This document shows, one piece after another, positions 60,434-64,000 of a stretch of DNA of 64,000 bases (positions are counted from its first letter, which is position 1; every line of letters begins with the position of its first letter). Source of the stretch: Anaerohalosphaeraceae bacterium (GTDB lineage Bacteria; Planctomycetota; Phycisphaerae; Sedimentisphaerales; Anaerohalosphaeraceae); the NCBI GenBank assembly GCA_050309605.1, contig JBNRMN010000002.1, positions 1 through 64,000 of the forward strand, given 5' to 3'. Position numbers and translations under genes: made by a program. The notes below the pieces were generated by a model, which was not told where the DNA came from, searched no databases, and saw only the letters and a list, made by a program, of their open reading frames with translations.

Positions 60434-62227
60434 GTGAAAGAAACGAGATACAAACTTACGCTGTGCGACGGTACAGCCTGTATTCACAATCATTCCAAAG
60501 CGATTCAGCAGGCGCTCGAGACGGAGCTGGACAAGCACGGACGCAAGGACAGCGTCAGCATTCATTTGAGCGGCTGTCTGGGGATGTGCACAAAAGGGCC
60601 GATTCTCATCGTCAACCCCGGCTATATAATGTACGGTCGGGTACAGGTTGAAGACGTGCCCGAAATTGTTGAGTCGCATCTGATTCATAATAAGGCCGTT
60701 ACCCGGCTGATTATTACCGAAGATCATCTGTATAATCGGTTCTTCCGAATCTTTGGTGATGTGGACTTCTTCGGCAAGCAGATGCGTATAGCGCTGCGTA
60801 ACTGCGGCATCATTGATCCGGAGAATATCGACAATTATCTGTCTCTTCGCGGCTACGAGGCTCTGGCCAAGGCGCTGGAGACAATGACGCCCGGTCAGGT
60901 GATTGAGGAAGTCAAAAAGAGCGGGCTGCGCGGTCGCGGCGGGGCGGGATTTCCGACCGGGTTGAAGTGGGAGTTTACCGCCAACCAGGATTCCGATGAG
61001 AAATACATCATCTGCAACGCCGACGAGGGCGATCCCGGCGCCTTTATGGATCGCAGCGCCATCGAAGGCGATCCGCATACAGTGATTGAAGGGATGATGA
61101 TCGGTGGTTACGCTATCGGCGCTCGCAAAGGCATTATTTATATTCGTGCCGAGTATCCGCTGGCGATCAAACGGCTTGAAAAAGCCATCGCTTCGGCACG
61201 TGAGCACGGCTTGCTCGGCGAAAACATACTCGGCTCCGATTTTGCGTTTGATATTGAGATTCGTCTCGGCGCCGGTGCGTTTGTCTGCGGCGAAGAAACC
61301 GCTTTGATTCATTCGATTGAAGGGCATCGCGGTATGCCGCGTCCCCGTCCGCCGTATCCGTCAGTCAAGGGGCTGTTCGGCAAGCCCACGCTGATCAACA
61401 ATGTGGAAACGTGGGCCAATATCCCTGTGATTCTTCTGGACGGCGCCGATTGGTTCAATAGCGTCGGCACTGAAACCAGCAAGGGCACCAAGGTCTTTGC
61501 GGTTGCCGGTCGGGTGCAGAATACCGGTCTGGTCGAAGTGCCCATGGGTACGACGCTGCGTGAGATCATTTATGACATCTGCGGCGGCATTCCCAACGGC
61601 AGACGTTTTAAGGCGGTTCAAACCGGCGGCCCGAGCGGTGGATGTCTGCCGGAACACTATCTCGATACGGAGATTGATTACGAATCGCTGGCCAAGGCCG
61701 GCTCGATTATGGGTTCCGGCGGGATGATCGTGATTGACGAGGATTCCTGTATGGTGTCGCTGGCGCGGTTCTTCCTTGAATTCACCCAGGATGAATCGTG
61801 CGGCAAATGTACCCCGTGCCGCGAGGGCACCAAGCGGATGTACGAGATTTTGACGCGGATTACGGAGGGTCAAGGCCAACCCGGCGATATTGAAAAGCTC
61901 CAGCGTCTGGGTGAAATGATTAAGCATTCGTCGCTGTGCGGCCTGGGGCAGTCGGCGCCGAATCCGGTACTCAGCACCATTGAGAATTTCCGCGAGGAAT
62001 ATGAAGAACATATTCAGGACAAGAAGTGCCGTGCCGGTCAGTGTACCGCACTGCTCAGTTATACCATTAACGACAAGTGTGTCGGCTGCGGGGCGTGCAA
62101 GCGCGTCTGTCCGGTCAATGCCATCGAAGGCGTTCGCAAAGAAAAGCACCGTATTCTTCAGGATGTGTGCATTCGCTGCGGCCAATGTTATGAAGTCTGT
62201 AAATTTGATGCGATTACCAAAGCGTGA
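60434..62227 (+). CDS. NuoF-like diaphorase subunit (HydB/HndC)
   Basis: GLRGRGGAGFPTG, CNADEGDPGAFMDR, FVCGEETAL, ESCGKCTPCREG, C-terminal 2x4Fe-4S. Confidence 0.93.
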   Translation: MKETRYKLTLCDGTACIHNHSKAIQQALETELDKHGRKDSVSIHLSGCLGMCTKGPILIVNPGYIMYGRVQVEDVPEIVESHLIHNKAVTRLIITEDHLYNRFFRIFGDVDFFGKQMRIALRNCGIIDPENIDNYLSLRGYEALAKALETMTPGQVIEEVKKSGLRGRGGAGFPTGLKWEFTANQDSDEKYIICNADEGDPGAFMDRSAIEGDPHTVIEGMMIGGYAIGARKGIIYIRAEYPLAIKRLEKAIASAREHGLLGENILGSDFAFDIEIRLGAGAFVCGEETALIHSIEGHRGMPRPRPPYPSVKGLFGKPTLINNVETWANIPVILLDGADWFNSVGTETSKGTKVFAVAGRVQNTGLVEVPMGTTLREIIYDICGGIPNGRRFKAVQTGGPSGGCLPEHYLDTEIDYESLAKAGSIMGSGGMIVIDEDSCMVSLARFFLEFTQDESCGKCTPCREGTKRMYEILTRITEGQGQPGDIEKLQRLGEMIKHSSLCGLGQSAPNPVLSTIENFREEYEEHIQDKKCRAGQCTALLSYTINDKCVGCGACKRVCPVNAIEGVRKEKHRILQDVCIRCGQCYEVCKFDAITKA

Positions 62228-62235
62228 GGATACCT

Positions 62236-64000
62236 ATGAATCAAATGATAACGATTACCATTAACGGCAAGGATTACCAGGTCGAGCCGAACCAGACGAT
62301 TATGCAGGCGGCCGACAAGTTGGGGTTTAAGATCCCCCGTCTGTGTTACCATCCCAAACTGTCGATTGAAGGGGCCTGTCGCGTCTGTATCGTCGAAGTT
62401 GAGGGTCAGCGCAATTTCGTTGCGTCCTGTGCCTTTCCGGTCAGCGACGGGATGAAGATCAAAACCAATACCCACGCGCTGCGTCGTGCCCGTCGGGATA
62501 TTGTTGAGTTGATCGTTGACAATCATCCCCTGGATTGCCATACCTGCGAGCGCGACGGCAATTGTGAATTGCAGCGGCTGGCGGCGTCGATGGGTATTCG
62601 TGCGCGTCATTTTGCAGGTGAACGCAAGCGGTATGAAGAAGACTTGTCCAGTGAGGCCGTGATTCGCAATCCTGAAAAGTGCATTTTGTGCGGCCGCTGC
62701 GTCCGGATGTGTTCGGAAATTCAGCAGGTGCACAATCTGACTCAGGCGCATCGCGGTTTCCAGACGGTGGTGATGCCGGCGTACGATCTGCCGATGGCCG
62801 AGAGCGTCTGTACCGCCTGCGGTCAGTGTATCAATGTCTGCCCGACCGCGGCCTTTGTCGAAAAGAACTATACGCAGGAATTGTTCGAACAGCTTAACGA
62901 CCCTGAAAGGGTTACGATTGTTCAGTTTGCTCCGTCCGTACGGGCGGCTATCGGCGAGGCGTTTGGTCTGCCCGTCGGTCAGAATATGGAAGGGCAATTG
63001 ATCGCTGCGCTGCGCAAGCTGGGGTTTGATTATGTGTTTGACACCCAGTTTGGCGCCGACTTGACCATTATGGAAGAGGCCAACGAGTTCCTTGAACGGC
63101 TGCAGAATAAAGGCACGCTGCCGATGATTACGTCCTGCTCGAGTGCCTGGATGAAATGCCTTGAGCAGTTTTATCCCGATCTGATCGACAATGTGTCAAC
63201 GTGTAAATCGCCGATGTCGATGCAGGGGGCGATGATCAAGACCTATTTTGCCGACAAGAGGGGTATCGATCCAACGAAGATATGCAGCGCTGCGGCGATG
63301 TGCTGTACAGCCAAGAAGTATGAGGCCGATCGTCCGGAGCTGATGTTTGACGGGATGCGCGGTGTGGATGTTGTTGTGACAACCCGCGAAATCGCCTGGA
63401 TGATCAAATCGGCGGGTATCGACTTTGTCAATATTCAGCCTGAAAAAGCCGACCATCCATTGGGGCTGTCCAGCGGCGCCGGGGCCATATTCGGCGCCAC
63501 CGGCGGCGTGATGGAAGCGGCCATCCGTACCGCCTATGAGCTTTACACCGGCCAGACGCTGGTGGATATCGAGGTCGAAGGCGTGCGCGGGCTGAAGGGG
63601 ATTAAGGAAGGGAGCCTGACGATGGACGGACAGGAAATCCGTGTGGCCGTGGCGCACGGTCTGGGCAATGCCTGCAAACTGCTGGAGGTGGTTCGGCAGG
63701 ACCCGCAGCGTTACCACTTTATTGAGATTATGGGCTGTCCGGGTGGCTGTGTTGGCGGCGGCGGTCAGCCGTATGCCGCGATCAATACGATTCCGCTGGA
63801 TGACAAGGCGCTGGAAAAACGCGCTCAGGCCCTTTATGATTTGGATCGGGGCAAGACCATTCGCCGCAGTCACGACAATCCGGATGTGCAGAAGCTGTAT
63901 AAAGAATTCCTTCAGCATCCGCTCAGTTCCGTGTCGCATAAATATCTGCATACACACTATAAGGCCAAGCTGCCGAAGGGTATTATTCCGAAAGAGGCAA
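62236..64000 (+). CDS. [FeFe]-hydrogenase group A catalytic subunit (HydA/HndD), runs off the window
   Basis: Translated by hand: IPRLCYH, CRVCIVEV, CILCGRC; H-cluster motifs ITSCSSAW, MCCTAKKYE, EIMGCPGGCVGGGGQP. Confidence 0.93.
   Translation, partial: MNQMITITINGKDYQVEPNQTIMQAADKLGFKIPRLCYHPKLSIEGACRVCIVEVEGQRNFVASCAFPVSDGMKIKTNTHALRRARRDIVELIVDNHPLDCHTCERDGNCELQRLAASMGIRARHFAGERKRYEEDLSSEAVIRNPEKCILCGRCVRMCSEIQQVHNLTQAHRGFQTVVMPAYDLPMAESVCTACGQCINVCPTAAFVEKNYTQELFEQLNDPERVTIVQFAPSVRAAIGEAFGLPVGQNMEGQLIAALRKLGFDYVFDTQFGADLTIMEEANEFLERLQNKGTLPMITSCSSAWMKCLEQFYPDLIDNVSTCKSPMSMQGAMIKTYFADKRGIDPTKICSAAAMCCTAKKYEADRPELMFDGMRGVDVVVTTREIAWMIKSAGIDFVNIQPEKADHPLGLSSGAGAIFGATGGVMEAAIRTAYELYTGQTLVDIEVEGVRGLKGIKEGSLTMDGQEIRVAVAHGLGNACKLLEVVRQDPQRYHFIEIMGCPGGCVGGGGQPYAAINTIPLDDKALEKRAQALYDLDRGKTIRRSHDNPDVQKLYKEFLQHPLSSVSHKYLHTHYKAKLPKGIIPKEA

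Overview
A 64-kb bacterial chromosomal window. Gene content (type IV pilus/T2SS-like cluster, kdsA, L,D-transpeptidase, Rnf/Nqr-like complex, [FeFe]-hydrogenase) suggests an anaerobic diderm, possibly Planctomycetota/Phycisphaerae (inference only). In order: (1) 0.1-3.1 kb, AT-rich orphan Rhs toxin/immunity region with duplicated Rhs scars; (2) 3.2-19.8 kb, minus-strand pilus/T2SS operon with an embedded HK-RR-HD-GYP-STAS signalling block; (3) rarA, 5-FCL, L,D-transpeptidase, vWA; (4) 24.8-32.6 kb, a neighbourhood of three candidate selenoproteins that the ORF track splits or truncates at in-frame TGA codons. Two carry a [YF]G-U-GGxC-xxSWR motif and one ends in CPTU, and each TGA is followed by a SECIS-like hairpin whose loop starts exactly 22 nt downstream, with compensatory base changes between two of them; (5) xerC, radical SAM, kdsA, dapF, aroD-aroE; (6) 38755-45964, a 7.2-kb TGT...ACA-bounded Mu-like transposable element carrying repressor, MuA/MuB-like genes, an HK97 protease and a major capsid gene but no terminase, portal or tail module; (7) PerR-led oxidative-stress island, NqrBCDEF/Rnf-like cluster, rubredoxin, zwf; (8) rex, sensor kinase and a bifurcating-type [FeFe]-hydrogenase running off the end. 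All calls come from reading motifs by eye; no searches were run.
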